From contig QCUR01000001.1 of NCBI GenBank assembly GCA_003208875.1, positions 96,001 through 160,000 on the forward strand: DNA of 64,000 nucleotides, given 5' to 3'. The stretch is from Prochlorococcus sp. AG-679-M23 (GTDB taxonomy: Bacteria; Cyanobacteriota; Cyanobacteriia; PCC-6307; Cyanobiaceae). Of the stretch, positions 40,657 to 52,935 are shown one piece after another. Within the stretch, counting starts at the first letter, position 1. Every line of letters starts with the position of its first letter. The notes below the pieces were generated by a model, which searched no databases, was not told where the DNA came from, and worked only from the letters and a program-made list of their open reading frames with translations. The translations under genes and the position numbers were made by a program.

Positions 40657-41277
40657 ATGAAAAGTTATTTTTATCAAAAATTAATTTATAAATTGGTAAG
40701 TCAAATAATTATTTTACCGATTTATAAATTGATTTTTCGAGGCAAGTTAATTGGGAGAGAAAACATTCCTCCTAAAGGTGCTTTCATAATGGTATCTAAT
40801 CACGGCTCCCTACTTGATCCTCCTTTACTAGGTCATGCTATTGGTCGGAATATATCTTTTATGGCTAAGTCAGAACTTTTTAGAATCCCCTTACTTGGGT
40901 TTATAATAAAATCATGTGGAGCTTATCCTGTAAAGAGAGGCATAGTAGATAAAACGACTATTAAAACTGCATGTGAAAAATTATTAAATAATAATAGTAT
41001 TGGTATATTTATTGATGGTACTCGACAAAAAGATGGTCGTGTAAATAAGCCAAAACAAGGAGCAGCTCTTTTATCTTTTAAAAATCAAAAAATGTTATTA
41101 CCAGTTGCAATTATTAATTCAAATAGATTAGTTAGATTTAAGTTTTTTATTCCATTTTTCACAAAAATAGTTATTAAAGTTGGGAAACCGATTTATCCCC
41201 CTAAAGGCGCATCAAAAGATGATTTAGGTAAAGTAACATATTATTTGCAGGAGTCTATAAATAATATGCTTGAATGA
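40657..41277 (+). CDS. plsC: 1-acyl-sn-glycerol-3-phosphate acyltransferase
   Basis: NHGSLLDP, FMAKSELF, FIDGTR. Confidence 0.9.
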   Translation: MKSYFYQKLIYKLVSQIIILPIYKLIFRGKLIGRENIPPKGAFIMVSNHGSLLDPPLLGHAIGRNISFMAKSELFRIPLLGFIIKSCGAYPVKRGIVDKTTIKTACEKLLNNNSIGIFIDGTRQKDGRVNKPKQGAALLSFKNQKMLLPVAIINSNRLVRFKFFIPFFTKIVIKVGKPIYPPKGASKDDLGKVTYYLQESINNMLE

Positions 41278-41281
41278 ATGA

Positions 41282-41932
41282 TCAGTTAATTGGGGATATT
41301 GGATATAATGGCAAAACTTTTTCCCAAGTATTAGAACTTGAATGTTGTGAATTTTTATTAGACAAATTCAAAAGTTCTTTTAAATCTTCTATGTCAGAAT
41401 ATTCGGCTTGATAAGAAGACTCTTTATCTGTTAATTCTTCAAAAATTTTTGGAATAATTTTTTCGTTGATAGTGATTTTTTTGCTTGGTTTTTCAGCAAT
41501 GCATATTTCATATTTTCCTGCAATATATCCTCTTCTTTTTAATTTTTTGTAAATCCAAAATGAATTCTTATCGTAATAGATATTATTTTGCTTGGCAATT
41601 CTTTTTGCCATCAATTCAAAAGAACTAAAACTATCTAATGAGCAATTTATTTGCTGAGCGAGAGTTCTCGCTAATACTATTATTTGCCTAGATGCGTTAA
41701 AGTTTGATGGCCCAATACTGACAGATATTTTATTAATTCTTTTTAAATTTTCTTTGCTAATAAAATTTGAAAAATCAACTATTAAGTTGTTACATAAATC
41801 TTTCTCAAATTTTTTTGTAAAAAAGTTTTCAGATAAAGAGTTTTTATTTTCTCTGTAAGCGAAACCAAAAGAATCATCAGTACTATGAATTGCTAAGGTT
41901 AATTTATTATGGCTTGTTAATTCGTAAGGCAT
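41282..41932 (-). CDS. tsaB: TsaB/YeaZ-like t6A biosynthesis protein (divergent)
   Basis: LAIHST N-terminus, VSIGPSNFNASR, C-terminal PLYP. Confidence 0.7.
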   Translation of the reverse strand: MPYELTSHNKLTLAIHSTDDSFGFAYRENKNSLSENFFTKKFEKDLCNNLIVDFSNFISKENLKRINKISVSIGPSNFNASRQIIVLARTLAQQINCSLDSFSSFELMAKRIAKQNNIYYDKNSFWIYKKLKRRGYIAGKYEICIAEKPSKKITINEKIIPKIFEELTDKESSYQAEYSDIEDLKELLNLSNKNSQHSSSNTWEKVLPLYPISPIN

Positions 41933-41938
41933 TTACCT

Positions 41939-42190
41939 TTAGATAGGTAACTCTAAACCTGGCCTACATTTAGACCACTTACCATATTCTTCTGAAAAAC
42001 TTGAACAAGACTGAACATCCCAATCAGTTTTAAAATCGCCATTTAAATCTTTGATGATACTTACGTGAATGTAAGGTTTTTTTGGTTTAAAGTTAGGAAT
42101 ATCACAAATGTGCTCAACACCATGATTTTTTTCAACATCATGATATGTCATACATCTATCAACTAATTTACAGTTAATACAAATGCACAT
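41939..42190 (-). CDS. ycf34: Ycf34 Fe-S protein
   Basis: MCICINC..VDRC.TYH.VE..H...WDV..C.SF; ATG at 42190. Confidence 0.9.
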   Translation of the reverse strand: MCICINCKLVDRCMTYHDVEKNHGVEHICDIPNFKPKKPYIHVSIIKDLNGDFKTDWDVQSCSSFSEEYGKWSKCRPGLELPI

Positions 42191-43424
42191 AATCAAGAAA
42201 GAAGATCTTAAAAATCATATTCTCATTGATCATACACTAATAATTAATGAAATAGAAAGAAGTATAAAATTTTATAATTGGGATTTTGTTTTATCTTCTT
42301 TACCTTCTGGATCTTGTTTAGTAGGTGGATATATAAGAGATTTAATTTTAGGAAGATTAAATTCTGTAATTGATGTTGATATTGTAGTTCCACAAAATGC
42401 TATTAATGTTGGTAAAAAAATTGCAGATAAATTTGAAGGTAAATTGATTATTCTTGATGAGGCGAGAGATGTAGTAAGAATTATTTTTAAACATATCTCA
42501 ATTGATATCGCTTCTCAAATTTCTCCTTCAATTGATATCGATTTATTAAGTCGAGATTTTTCTATAAATGCCATTGCTTTTTCTTTTGAAGAAAAACTTC
42601 TCATTGATCCATCAAATGGAATTAAAGACCTAAAGCTTTCTTTTTTGAGAACTAATTCAAAGCAGAATATATTAGATGATCCTTTAAGAATTTTAAGGTG
42701 CTTTCGTTTTATTTCTGAATTGGATTTTAATGTTGATGTAGATTTAATAGATTTTATTAAAACTTACAAAAATCAATTAATACTTGTTGCTAATGAAAGA
42801 ATTAATTATGAAATACAGCGAATAATAAGGGGGGAGGAAGCATCGCAGGCGATAATTTTAATAAATAAATTTAAAATTTTTGATTATATACAGTCACAAA
42901 AAAATTTGATATTTCTTGATTTAGATAAAATTAATTTTGAAGAATTTAACAAATTTGAAAAGGAAAAATTTTTACCCTTATTTTATCTTGTTCAAATTTT
43001 AGACGAATTTTCTTTGAAAAATTTAAAATTTAGCAAATCTGAAATTTCAAAAATTCGGCTATTAAGAAAATGGAATCTTTTATTGAAGATGCAAACTATT
43101 TATGAATTTAATGAAAGGGAAAGATTTGATTTACATCAAGAATTAGAAACTATTCTTCCATCTTTTATTCTTTTTTTGCCAGAATCATTTCATATAAATT
43201 GGCTCGCTAGATGGCGAGATAAAGATGATAAATTATTTCACCCTTCAAATTTAATAAAAGGGGACGTTTTAAAAAAATATTTAGAAATTCAAGATGGACC
43301 TATTCTAGGGAAGGTCATTAATTATCTTTCTATGGAACTTGCATATAATAGATTGAATAATTTTGATGAAGCTATATATAAAGGAAAGCAATGGATTCAA
43401 CAAAATGCGCCAAAATGTGATTAA
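42183..43424 (+). CDS. Class II tRNA nucleotidyltransferase (probably CC-adding)
   Basis: VGGYIRD, DVD, RDFSINA, DDPLRILR, ERI. Confidence 0.88.
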   Translation: MHIIKKEDLKNHILIDHTLIINEIERSIKFYNWDFVLSSLPSGSCLVGGYIRDLILGRLNSVIDVDIVVPQNAINVGKKIADKFEGKLIILDEARDVVRIIFKHISIDIASQISPSIDIDLLSRDFSINAIAFSFEEKLLIDPSNGIKDLKLSFLRTNSKQNILDDPLRILRCFRFISELDFNVDVDLIDFIKTYKNQLILVANERINYEIQRIIRGEEASQAIILINKFKIFDYIQSQKNLIFLDLDKINFEEFNKFEKEKFLPLFYLVQILDEFSLKNLKFSKSEISKIRLLRKWNLLLKMQTIYEFNERERFDLHQELETILPSFILFLPESFHINWLARWRDKDDKLFHPSNLIKGDVLKKYLEIQDGPILGKVINYLSMELAYNRLNNFDEAIYKGKQWIQQNAPKCD

Positions 43425-43482
43425 ATACACATAGCTTAGTTTTTGTTTAAAGTTCAGACTTAAAATTATTTTTTAAAAATTT

Positions 43483-43902
43483 ATGAGCATTCGTATTTAC
43501 ATTGGAAATTTACCACAAGTATTTAATCCAAAAGAATTTGATAGTTTTTTAAAAACAGTATCGGATTCTATTAGATTTAAAGCTGTTTTAGATAAAGAAA
43601 CAAAAGAGTGTAGAGGATTTGGTTTTGCTACAACAAATAATGAACAAAATGCAAATTTAATAATCGAAAAGCTTAATGGTTTTGAATTTAATGGCTCCAA
43701 ATTGAGAGTTGAACTTTCTGAAAAGAAAGATTCTTCCTCACATAAGAGAAATAATTTAGGCTCTAATAAAAATAAAAAGAGGAAAGATTTTAAGAAGATT
43801 GTTCATAGCGATGCACCTAATCTTGAAGCCCCAGATCCCAGATGGGCCGGGGAACTTTCAAAATTAAAAGATTTGTTAGCTAATCAGAAAGCGCCTGCTT
43901 AG
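43483..43902 (+). CDS. RRM RNA-binding protein
   Basis: IYIGNL (RNP2) and RGFGF (RNP1); PDPRWA tail. Confidence 0.9.
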   Translation: MSIRIYIGNLPQVFNPKEFDSFLKTVSDSIRFKAVLDKETKECRGFGFATTNNEQNANLIIEKLNGFEFNGSKLRVELSEKKDSSSHKRNNLGSNKNKKRKDFKKIVHSDAPNLEAPDPRWAGELSKLKDLLANQKAPA

Positions 43903-44811
43903 CTATTTGATTCTTGAGATTAAATAAGATATTGGTATTTCAAACGCTTTTACTGAATTCTTTACAAAAGCTCTATTATTAAAGACATCATAATCTAATC
44001 TTTCAATAGAATCTAATATTCCTCTATAAAGGCGTAAAGATGTCCAGACAGGCCATCTTGCATCTGCAGATAACCACTTAATGCCATCTTCAGATTTTTT
44101 AAACCAATCCCTAGCTCTTATTAATTGAAAATTCATAAGCATCTTCCATTGATTATTTATTACTCCTTTTAATAACTCTTCTTCAGAATAATTAAATTTA
44201 TTCATATCATCCTGGGGTAAATATATCCTACCTCTTTGTCTGTCTTCTCCAACATCTCTTAAAATGTTAGTAAGTTGATTTGCTATTCCTAGAGCTATAG
44301 CTGCTTCTGAGGAGTCAGGCATATTGCTCCATGGCGCTGATGTATAGGCACTATCTATGCCCATTACATTCTGAGTCATTAATCCCACTGTCCCTGCTAC
44401 GCGATAACAGTAAAGCTGTAATTCAGAAAAACTTTTGTATCTAAATTTTTTAAGATCCATTCTCTGACCCTCAATCATATCTAAATATGGTTCTATTTTC
44501 TGTGGAAATTTTTCTATTGTATCGAAAAGAACAGCATCTAAGTCTGATTGTATTTTTCCTTTGAAAACATTTTTTGTGTTTTCTTCCCATTCATTTAAAT
44601 TATCTGAAAGTTCCTCAGTTGTCTTAGTTGAAGCTTCAATGCTATCCATTATTTCATCAGTTCTTCTGCACCAAACGTAAATAGCCCAAATAGCTTTTCT
44701 TTTTTCGTAAGGTAATAAAAGTGTCCCTAAATAAAAAGTTTTAGCCCATTTTTGAGTTTCTTTTTGGCATATTTCATATGCTTTATTAAGTTGGGATAAT
44801 GAATTTTTCAA
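43903..44811 (-). CDS. crtB: Phytoene synthase
   Basis: AKTFYLG, RRTDE, YCYRVAGTVG, NILRDVGED. Confidence 0.95.
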   Translation of the reverse strand: MKNSLSQLNKAYEICQKETQKWAKTFYLGTLLLPYEKRKAIWAIYVWCRRTDEIMDSIEASTKTTEELSDNLNEWEENTKNVFKGKIQSDLDAVLFDTIEKFPQKIEPYLDMIEGQRMDLKKFRYKSFSELQLYCYRVAGTVGLMTQNVMGIDSAYTSAPWSNMPDSSEAAIALGIANQLTNILRDVGEDRQRGRIYLPQDDMNKFNYSEEELLKGVINNQWKMLMNFQLIRARDWFKKSEDGIKWLSADARWPVWTSLRLYRGILDSIERLDYDVFNNRAFVKNSVKAFEIPISYLISRIK

Positions 44812-44832
44812 AAAAGGTTTTATTCTTGAGGT

Positions 44833-46296
<1,464 letters not shown>

Positions 46297-46343
46297 CTAA
46301 AGTTAAGACATAATTGTTTTTTTTGTTGATTATTTTTCAGATT

Positions 46344-46691
46344 ATGGAAAAAATGCTTTTAAAGTCAACCACTAGGCATGTAAGAATATTTACTGCTGAT
46401 GTGGTTAATAACGATTTAATATTTGATTCTAATAAATTAACTCTCGACTTAGATCCTGATAATGAATTTATTTGGAATGAAGACTCTTTAAATAAAGTAA
46501 ATCAAAAATTTACTGAACTTGTTCAAGAAAGAGCCGGAAAAAGTTTAGATGACTATGAACTTCGTAAAATAGGATCAGAAATTGAAGGTTTAATCAAATA
46601 TTTGCTTCAAAATGGATTATTAAGCTATAACCCAGAATGTAGAGTTATGAATTATTCAATGGGTTTACCTAAGACAAAAGAAGTACTGTGA
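46344..46691 (+). CDS. ndhM: NDH-1 subunit M
   Basis: [25 protein letters not shown]. Confidence 0.93.
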   Translation: MEKMLLKSTTRHVRIFTADVVNNDLIFDSNKLTLDLDPDNEFIWNEDSLNKVNQKFTELVQERAGKSLDDYELRKIGSEIEGLIKYLLQNGLLSYNPECRVMNYSMGLPKTKEVL

Positions 46692-47305
46692 ATAAATATC
46701 CTAATAGGGGTACAAGAAGAGACCCTGGCAAAAATTCTTATTCCTCAAGGGATGGTGATAATTATATGCAGCGCGGTAGAAGAATACCTCCTTCTAACTC
46801 TGGACAAAAAAATAATTTCAGCACCGGAACAATTGCTGTACTTGCTGGCGTTTTGATACTAGGGGTAGGTATAGGTAGTGCTATTACTAGTACAACTGAT
46901 GGAGGGCAGGGTAATATAGCTAGTCAACAGCAATTAGACATGGCCGTTCCAGACCCTGAATTTTGTAGGCAATGGGGAGCAAGTGCTTTCGTGATTGATG
47001 TAGAAATGTATACAACACTTAATCCTTCAACTAGTTTTGTAACACAACCTGCACTGCAACCTGGTTGCGTTATTCGAAGGGAGAATTGGACAGTTTTACA
47101 AAAACAAGGAGCTATAAGTAATGAGGATGTTAGAGAATGTAAGCAAAGAATGAATACTTTTGCTTACATAGGGTCAATAAGAGATAAGCCTATTGTTAAG
47201 TGTGTTTATCAAACTGATGTAAATGAGAACAAATTCATTATCAAAGGTGACGGGCAAGCTGAAGATGGAGGGGTGGGAATCAATAAGGAAGCTATTCAAT
47301 TTTAG
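46688..47305 (+). CDS. DUF3172-like membrane-anchored protein
   Basis: One TM helix, then C.QWGASA and PGCVIR motifs. Confidence 0.8.
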   Translation: MNKYPNRGTRRDPGKNSYSSRDGDNYMQRGRRIPPSNSGQKNNFSTGTIAVLAGVLILGVGIGSAITSTTDGGQGNIASQQQLDMAVPDPEFCRQWGASAFVIDVEMYTTLNPSTSFVTQPALQPGCVIRRENWTVLQKQGAISNEDVRECKQRMNTFAYIGSIRDKPIVKCVYQTDVNENKFIIKGDGQAEDGGVGINKEAIQF

Positions 47306-47307
47306 AT

Positions 47308-48255
47308 TTAGTTAAGTTGTCTTAATGGGCTTTCAGAGCTTGCAAATTGAGGCAATATATATTTTTTAAAAACTTCTGATGCTCTTGATGTGTATCTTGA
47401 TGGATTTGTAATTAATTTTAACTCTCTTTTTACCTCTAAATCAGCTATTTGGGGCTTGTGAATTGACCCGCCTGCTAATTCTCTCTCAATTGAAACAACA
47501 GGTAAAAAAGAAACACCAAGACCAGATTGAACTGCATTTTTAATTGCTTCAAGAGAATTTAACTCCATTTCTATTTTTAATCTTTGAATATCAAGCCCAG
47601 AATCCTTTAAAAGTTTATCAACAACTTTTCTGGTTGTTGATTGAGAATCTAATGTGACGAAATTTAGTTTGTATAAATCTTCTTTCATCAGTTCTTTCTT
47701 GTTGGCAAGTGGGTGTTTTGGTGGCAATACAAGAGCTAATTCATCAGTTGCATATGGAATTACTTGTAACAAGTTTTCTAGATCTCCTGGTAATTGACCT
47801 CCAATTATTGCTAAATCAATTTGACCATTAGCAACGCTCCAACCTGTTCTTCTAGTGCTGTGAACCTGTAGTTGGACAGATACATCAGGATATTTTTGAC
47901 GAAAAAGCCCAATCATTCTTGGCATTAAGTAGGTACCGGTAGTTTGACTAGCTCCAATTATGAGTGTTCCACCTTTTAAACTATTTAAGTCTTCAATAGC
48001 TTTGCAAGCCTCATCACATTGATTCAGGATTCTTTCGCAATATTCAAGTAATAGCTTACCTCCTTCAGTTAAAAGTGCTTTTCTACCACCTCTATCAAAA
48101 ATTGTTATTTCAAGTTGTTTTTCTAAATTTTGAATTTGTAAACTGACAGCTGGTTGGGTCACATAAAGTAAATCAGCAGCCTTTTTAAAACTTCCTTGAG
48201 CTGCAATAGCTTTTAATATTCTTAATTGGTCAAGAGTAAAAGGTAATTCTGGCAT
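47308..48255 (-). CDS. rbcR: LysR-family regulator RbcR/Ycf30
   Basis: [32 protein letters not shown]. Confidence 0.88.
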   Translation of the reverse strand: MPELPFTLDQLRILKAIAAQGSFKKAADLLYVTQPAVSLQIQNLEKQLEITIFDRGGRKALLTEGGKLLLEYCERILNQCDEACKAIEDLNSLKGGTLIIGASQTTGTYLMPRMIGLFRQKYPDVSVQLQVHSTRRTGWSVANGQIDLAIIGGQLPGDLENLLQVIPYATDELALVLPPKHPLANKKELMKEDLYKLNFVTLDSQSTTRKVVDKLLKDSGLDIQRLKIEMELNSLEAIKNAVQSGLGVSFLPVVSIERELAGGSIHKPQIADLEVKRELKLITNPSRYTSRASEVFKKYILPQFASSESPLRQLN

Positions 48256-48339
48256 TATTTTTATGCCTACAATTTCACTTCAATTCTAATACCTAAGGGT
48301 ATTATTGTTAATGATAAATAACTTGTATTTTGAAATTAT

Positions 48340-49068
48340 ATGGAGACTCACAAAACTTCTTTGTTGATTTTGGGATTAATATTAATTTTTGCTGTTATTC
48401 ATAGTGGAGGTGCTGCTTTAAGAAGTAGAGCAGAGGCTTTTATGGGAGCAAGATTATGGAGATTACTTTTTGTTTCTTTAAGTTTGCCATCTGCAGTTAT
48501 TTTAATTAGTTATTTTTTAGCTCATAGATACGATGGCATTAGATTATGGAATTTTCAGGGTAATCACTTTGTATTTTTGTTGGTTTGGATTTTAACTGCT
48601 ATCAGTTTCTTATTTCTATATCCTGCAACATATAATTTATTAGAAATTCCCTCAGTTTTAAAACCTCAAGTTAGGATATATGGAACTGGAATTATGCGAA
48701 TAACAAGACATCCGCAAGCATTTGGCCAAATTATTTGGTGTTTAGCTCATACATTATGGATTGGGACATCTTTTACATTCATAACTTCGTTAGGGCTAAT
48801 TTTGCATCATCTTTTTGCAATATGGCATGGTGATAAAAGATTAGAAATTAAATTTGGTGAAGAATTTTATAAGTATAAAGAAAGTACCTCAATAATCCCA
48901 TTTGTCGCAATATTTGATGGTAGACAGCAAATTAAAGTAAAAGAATTTTTTAAATTATCACAAATTGGGATATTAATAGCAATTGCAATACTCTGGTGGT
49001 CTCATAAATATATAAATATTGCTGTTACAACATTTAATTCATCTTTTATGTCTAAAATTTTCAATTAG
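48340..49068 (+). CDS. NnrU-family membrane protein, likely 15-cis-zeta-carotene isomerase (Z-ISO)
   Basis: HSGGA, RITRHPQ, WHGD.RL, TS..PF; carotenoid genes nearby. Confidence 0.8.
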   Translation: METHKTSLLILGLILIFAVIHSGGAALRSRAEAFMGARLWRLLFVSLSLPSAVILISYFLAHRYDGIRLWNFQGNHFVFLLVWILTAISFLFLYPATYNLLEIPSVLKPQVRIYGTGIMRITRHPQAFGQIIWCLAHTLWIGTSFTFITSLGLILHHLFAIWHGDKRLEIKFGEEFYKYKESTSIIPFVAIFDGRQQIKVKEFFKLSQIGILIAIAILWWSHKYINIAVTTFNSSFMSKIFN

Positions 49069-49101
49069 CAGTTTAGTATTAATGTATAAATATTATTAAA
49101 T

Positions 49102-51114
49102 ATGCCTCAAGCTTCAGAAATTGCCTGGTTGATTCCTGTCTTTCCACTTATTGGTGCAGTGTTTTCTGGTTTGGGTTTAATATGTGCGAATAAAAAAATC
49201 AATAATTCTAGAGAAATTGTTTCTATCAGTCTTTTGTCGTTCGTTGGAGTTTCTGCTGTAATTAGTTATAAAACATTAATTGAGCAAATCAATGGTTACC
49301 AATCAGTAGAAAAATTATTTGTTTGGGCAAGTGCTGGAGATTTTACAATCCCAATGGGATTCGTTCTCGACCCATTAGGCAGCGTAATGCTCACATTGGT
49401 AACCACTATTACTTTATTAGTCATGATTTATTCTCATGGTTATATGTCTCATGACAAAGGTTACGTAAGATTTTTTACATATCTAGCACTTTTCAGTAGT
49501 TCGATGATGGGATTAATTATTAGCCCGAACTTATTAGAAATATACGTTTTTTGGGAATTAGTAGGAATGTGTTCATACTTATTAGTTGGTTTCTGGTACG
49601 ACAGAGATGGTGCAGCAAATGCTGCTCAAAAAGCTTTTGTCGTAAATAGAGTTGGAGACTTTGGCTTATTACTCGGAATTTTGGGTTTATTTTGGGCTAC
49701 AAAAAGCTTTGACTTTAATGAAATTGCAATAGGAGTATCACAGTCAGTTTCAGAGAATTCATTGCCAGTCTGGGCTGCATTATTACTTTGTTTTTTAGTC
49801 TTCTTAGGACCTATGGCGAAATCTGCTCAATTTCCTCTTCATGTATGGTTACCAGACGCTATGGAAGGACCAACCCCTATCTCAGCGCTTATTCATGCAG
49901 CGACGATGGTTGCTGCTGGAATATTCTTAGTAGCAAGGCTCCAACCTCTATACTCTTTATTCCCTTCAATTCAATTTATTATTGCTTTGGTTGGCACTAT
50001 TACATGTTTCCTAGGAGCGTCTATAGCCTTAACCCAGATGGATCTCAAAAAAGGTTTGGCATATAGTACGGTTTCTCAGCTCGGTTATATGATGCTTGCG
50101 ATGGGTTGTGGTGCTCCCGTAGCAGGAATTTTTCACTTGATAACACATGCTTGTTTTAAAGCAATGTTGTTTTTAGGGTCTGGCTCAGTAATTCATGCTA
50201 TGGAAGAAGTTGTTGGTCATCAACCTGTACTTGCCCAAGATATGAGGTTGATGGGAGGTTTAAGAAAAAAAATGCCCTTTACTTCTACGACTTTCTTAAT
50301 AGGTTGCGTAGCAATAAGTGGTATTCCTCCATTAGCTGGATTTTGGAGTAAAGATGAAATATTGGGAAACGCCTTTATCTCATTTCCTGCTTTTTGGTTT
50401 GTGGGATTTTTAACAGCTGGAATGACCGCCTTTTATATGTTTAGACTTTATTTTTTAACTTTTGAAGGAGATTTTAGAGGTGAAGATAAGGATTTACAAA
50501 AAGAACTTTTATTAGCTTCTAAAATTAATATAGAAGAAGATCATCAAGAGGAAAATGGCTCACTACATGAGTCTCCTTGGTCTATGACATTCCCATTAGT
50601 TTTTCTAGCAGTACCTTCAGTAATAATTGGGTTTATGGGATTTCCTTGGGATAGTAAATTTGCAAATTTATTAGATCCCGAAGAAGCATTGATTGCTATA
50701 GAGTCCTTTGAATTAACAGAATTTTTGCCTCTAGCTATTGCATCTGTTTTCATTGCCTCAATTGGTATAACTATTGCTTATCAAGCTTATTTTGCTAAGA
50801 AAATAAACTTATCAATATTATTTGCACAAAGATTTCCATCTGTTAATAAGTTTTTATCAAATAAATGGTATTTGGACGATATTAATGAAAAACTTTTTGT
50901 GAAAGGTAGTAGAAAACTTGCAAAAGAAGTTTTAGAAGTTGATTCCAAAGTGGTAGATGGAGTGGTGAATCTTACTGGACTTGTAACATTGGGAAGTGGT
51001 GAGGGCTTAAAGTATTTTGAAACCGGTAGAGCTCAATTTTATGCTCTGATAGTTTTTGGAGGAGTGATTTTGTTGGTAGCAATATTTGGTTTCCAATCGC
51101 CCCAAGTAACTTAA
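49102..51114 (+). CDS. ndhF: NDH-1 subunit F (NdhF1 type)
   Basis: KSAQFPLHVWLPDAMEGPTP, FWSKDEIL. Confidence 0.95.
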   Translation: MPQASEIAWLIPVFPLIGAVFSGLGLICANKKINNSREIVSISLLSFVGVSAVISYKTLIEQINGYQSVEKLFVWASAGDFTIPMGFVLDPLGSVMLTLVTTITLLVMIYSHGYMSHDKGYVRFFTYLALFSSSMMGLIISPNLLEIYVFWELVGMCSYLLVGFWYDRDGAANAAQKAFVVNRVGDFGLLLGILGLFWATKSFDFNEIAIGVSQSVSENSLPVWAALLLCFLVFLGPMAKSAQFPLHVWLPDAMEGPTPISALIHAATMVAAGIFLVARLQPLYSLFPSIQFIIALVGTITCFLGASIALTQMDLKKGLAYSTVSQLGYMMLAMGCGAPVAGIFHLITHACFKAMLFLGSGSVIHAMEEVVGHQPVLAQDMRLMGGLRKKMPFTSTTFLIGCVAISGIPPLAGFWSKDEILGNAFISFPAFWFVGFLTAGMTAFYMFRLYFLTFEGDFRGEDKDLQKELLLASKINIEEDHQEENGSLHESPWSMTFPLVFLAVPSVIIGFMGFPWDSKFANLLDPEEALIAIESFELTEFLPLAIASVFIASIGITIAYQAYFAKKINLSILFAQRFPSVNKFLSNKWYLDDINEKLFVKGSRKLAKEVLEVDSKVVDGVVNLTGLVTLGSGEGLKYFETGRAQFYALIVFGGVILLVAIFGFQSPQVT

Positions 51115-51198
51115 TAACAAATGTGTGTCTTCACTGTTCATGGGATGAAAAAATCTAGATAATTTCTAGAATTTGTTTAAGATCATTCTCTTATTCAT

Positions 51199-52839
51199 TT
51201 GAGTAGCTATTTTTTTACGCATTTTGCACTACATACAATAGGAACATTGGGTGGAGGTATATCTAATTTCCCTTGGCTCTCAGTATCTATTCTTTTCCCT
51301 ATTGGATGCGCATTTTTGATACCTTTTTTCCCCGATAAAGGAGAGGGTAAAGAAGTAAGATGGTTTGCTTTAAGTGTTGCTTTAATTACTTTTCTAGTAA
51401 CAGTAGGATCTTACATAAACGGTTTTGATATAAATAATGAAGATGTTCAACTTAAAGAAAGTATAAATTGGCTTCCTAATCTAGGACTTACTTGGTCAGT
51501 CGGCGCTGATGGAATGTCAATGCCTCTTATATTATTAACTAGTTTTATAACGGCGCTAGCTGTCTTAGCTGCATGGCCTGTCAAGTTTAAGCCAAAATTA
51601 TTTTTCTTTTTAATACTTATCATGGATGGAGGACAAATAGCTGTTTTTGCTGTTCAAGATATGCTCCTATTCTTTTTAAGTTGGGAACTCGAACTTCTGC
51701 CGGTTTATTTACTTTTAGCTATCTGGGGAGGAAAAAATAGACAATATGCAGCTACAAAATTCATTATCTATACAGCCGGGAGTTCTATCTTTATTCTTTT
51801 AGCTGCGTTGGCAATGGGTTTTTATGGAACTGAAGTTCCAAATTTTGAGTTTTCTCATTTAGCTAATCAAGATTTTGGCCAAAACTTTCAAATCCTTTGT
51901 TACATCGGTTTATTAATTGCTTTTGGTGTGAAACTCCCTATTGTTCCTTTACATACATGGCTACCTGATGCTCATGGAGAGGCTACAGCACCAGTTCATA
52001 TGTTGTTGGCTGGAATTTTATTGAAGATGGGCGGATATGCACTTTTAAGATTTAATGCACAATTATTACCTATTGCACATGCTCAATTCGCTCCACTATT
52101 AATACTCCTTGGAGTAGTCAATATAATTTACGCTGCTTTAACATCATTTGCACAAAGAAATCTTAAAAGGAAAATTGCTTATAGTTCTATAAGTCATATG
52201 GGTTTTGTCTTAATTGGAATAGGAAGTTTTAGTAGTCTTGGGACAAGTGGAGCGATGTTGCAAATGGTTAGTCATGGACTAATTGGAGCAAGTTTATTTT
52301 TTCTTGTTGGAGCAACTTATGACAGAACAAAGACTCTAAAACTCGATGAAATGGGTGGAGTAGGCCAAAAAATGCGTATTATGTTTGCATTGTGGACTGC
52401 CTGCTCTCTTGCTTCTCTTGCCTTACCAGGTATGAGTGGATTTGTTTCTGAGTTAATGGTATTTACTGGATTTGTTACGGATGAAGTTTATACTTTGCCT
52501 TTTAGAGTAATAATGGCATCTTTAGCTGCAATAGGGGTGATACTTACTCCAATTTATTTACTGTCAATGTTACGTGAGATTTTCTTTGGTAAAGAAAATC
52601 CAAAGTTAACTGAAGATAAGAATTTAATTGATGCAGAGCCTAGAGAGATATATATTATAGCCTGTTTACTCTTACCAATAATAGGTATAGGTTTATATCC
52701 AAGATTAGTTACAGAAAGTTATTTGGCTACGATAAATAACTTGGTTGACAGAGATCTAAATGCTGTTAAAAGCACACCTAAGACAAATGTATTTGCGGGA
52801 AATAAATCAAATCAAATATTAAAAGCACCAACTATATAA
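51199..52839 (+). CDS. ndhD: NDH-1 subunit D (NdhD1 type)
   Basis: [30 protein letters not shown]. Confidence 0.95.
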   Translation: MSSYFFTHFALHTIGTLGGGISNFPWLSVSILFPIGCAFLIPFFPDKGEGKEVRWFALSVALITFLVTVGSYINGFDINNEDVQLKESINWLPNLGLTWSVGADGMSMPLILLTSFITALAVLAAWPVKFKPKLFFFLILIMDGGQIAVFAVQDMLLFFLSWELELLPVYLLLAIWGGKNRQYAATKFIIYTAGSSIFILLAALAMGFYGTEVPNFEFSHLANQDFGQNFQILCYIGLLIAFGVKLPIVPLHTWLPDAHGEATAPVHMLLAGILLKMGGYALLRFNAQLLPIAHAQFAPLLILLGVVNIIYAALTSFAQRNLKRKIAYSSISHMGFVLIGIGSFSSLGTSGAMLQMVSHGLIGASLFFLVGATYDRTKTLKLDEMGGVGQKMRIMFALWTACSLASLALPGMSGFVSELMVFTGFVTDEVYTLPFRVIMASLAAIGVILTPIYLLSMLREIFFGKENPKLTEDKNLIDAEPREIYIIACLLLPIIGIGLYPRLVTESYLATINNLVDRDLNAVKSTPKTNVFAGNKSNQILKAPTI

Positions 52840-52935
52840 TTTTCTTAATATGTTTATTATTTTTTTGGCATAACAATTGATATAAAGATATCTTGAAATA
52901 GATTATATATAATTAAAGTAACTAATTCTCAATCT

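Noticed and set aside
51154..51170. TCTAGA-TAATT-TCTAGA between ndhF and ndhD
   Set aside because: A 6-bp AT-rich stem with no other support; expected by chance.
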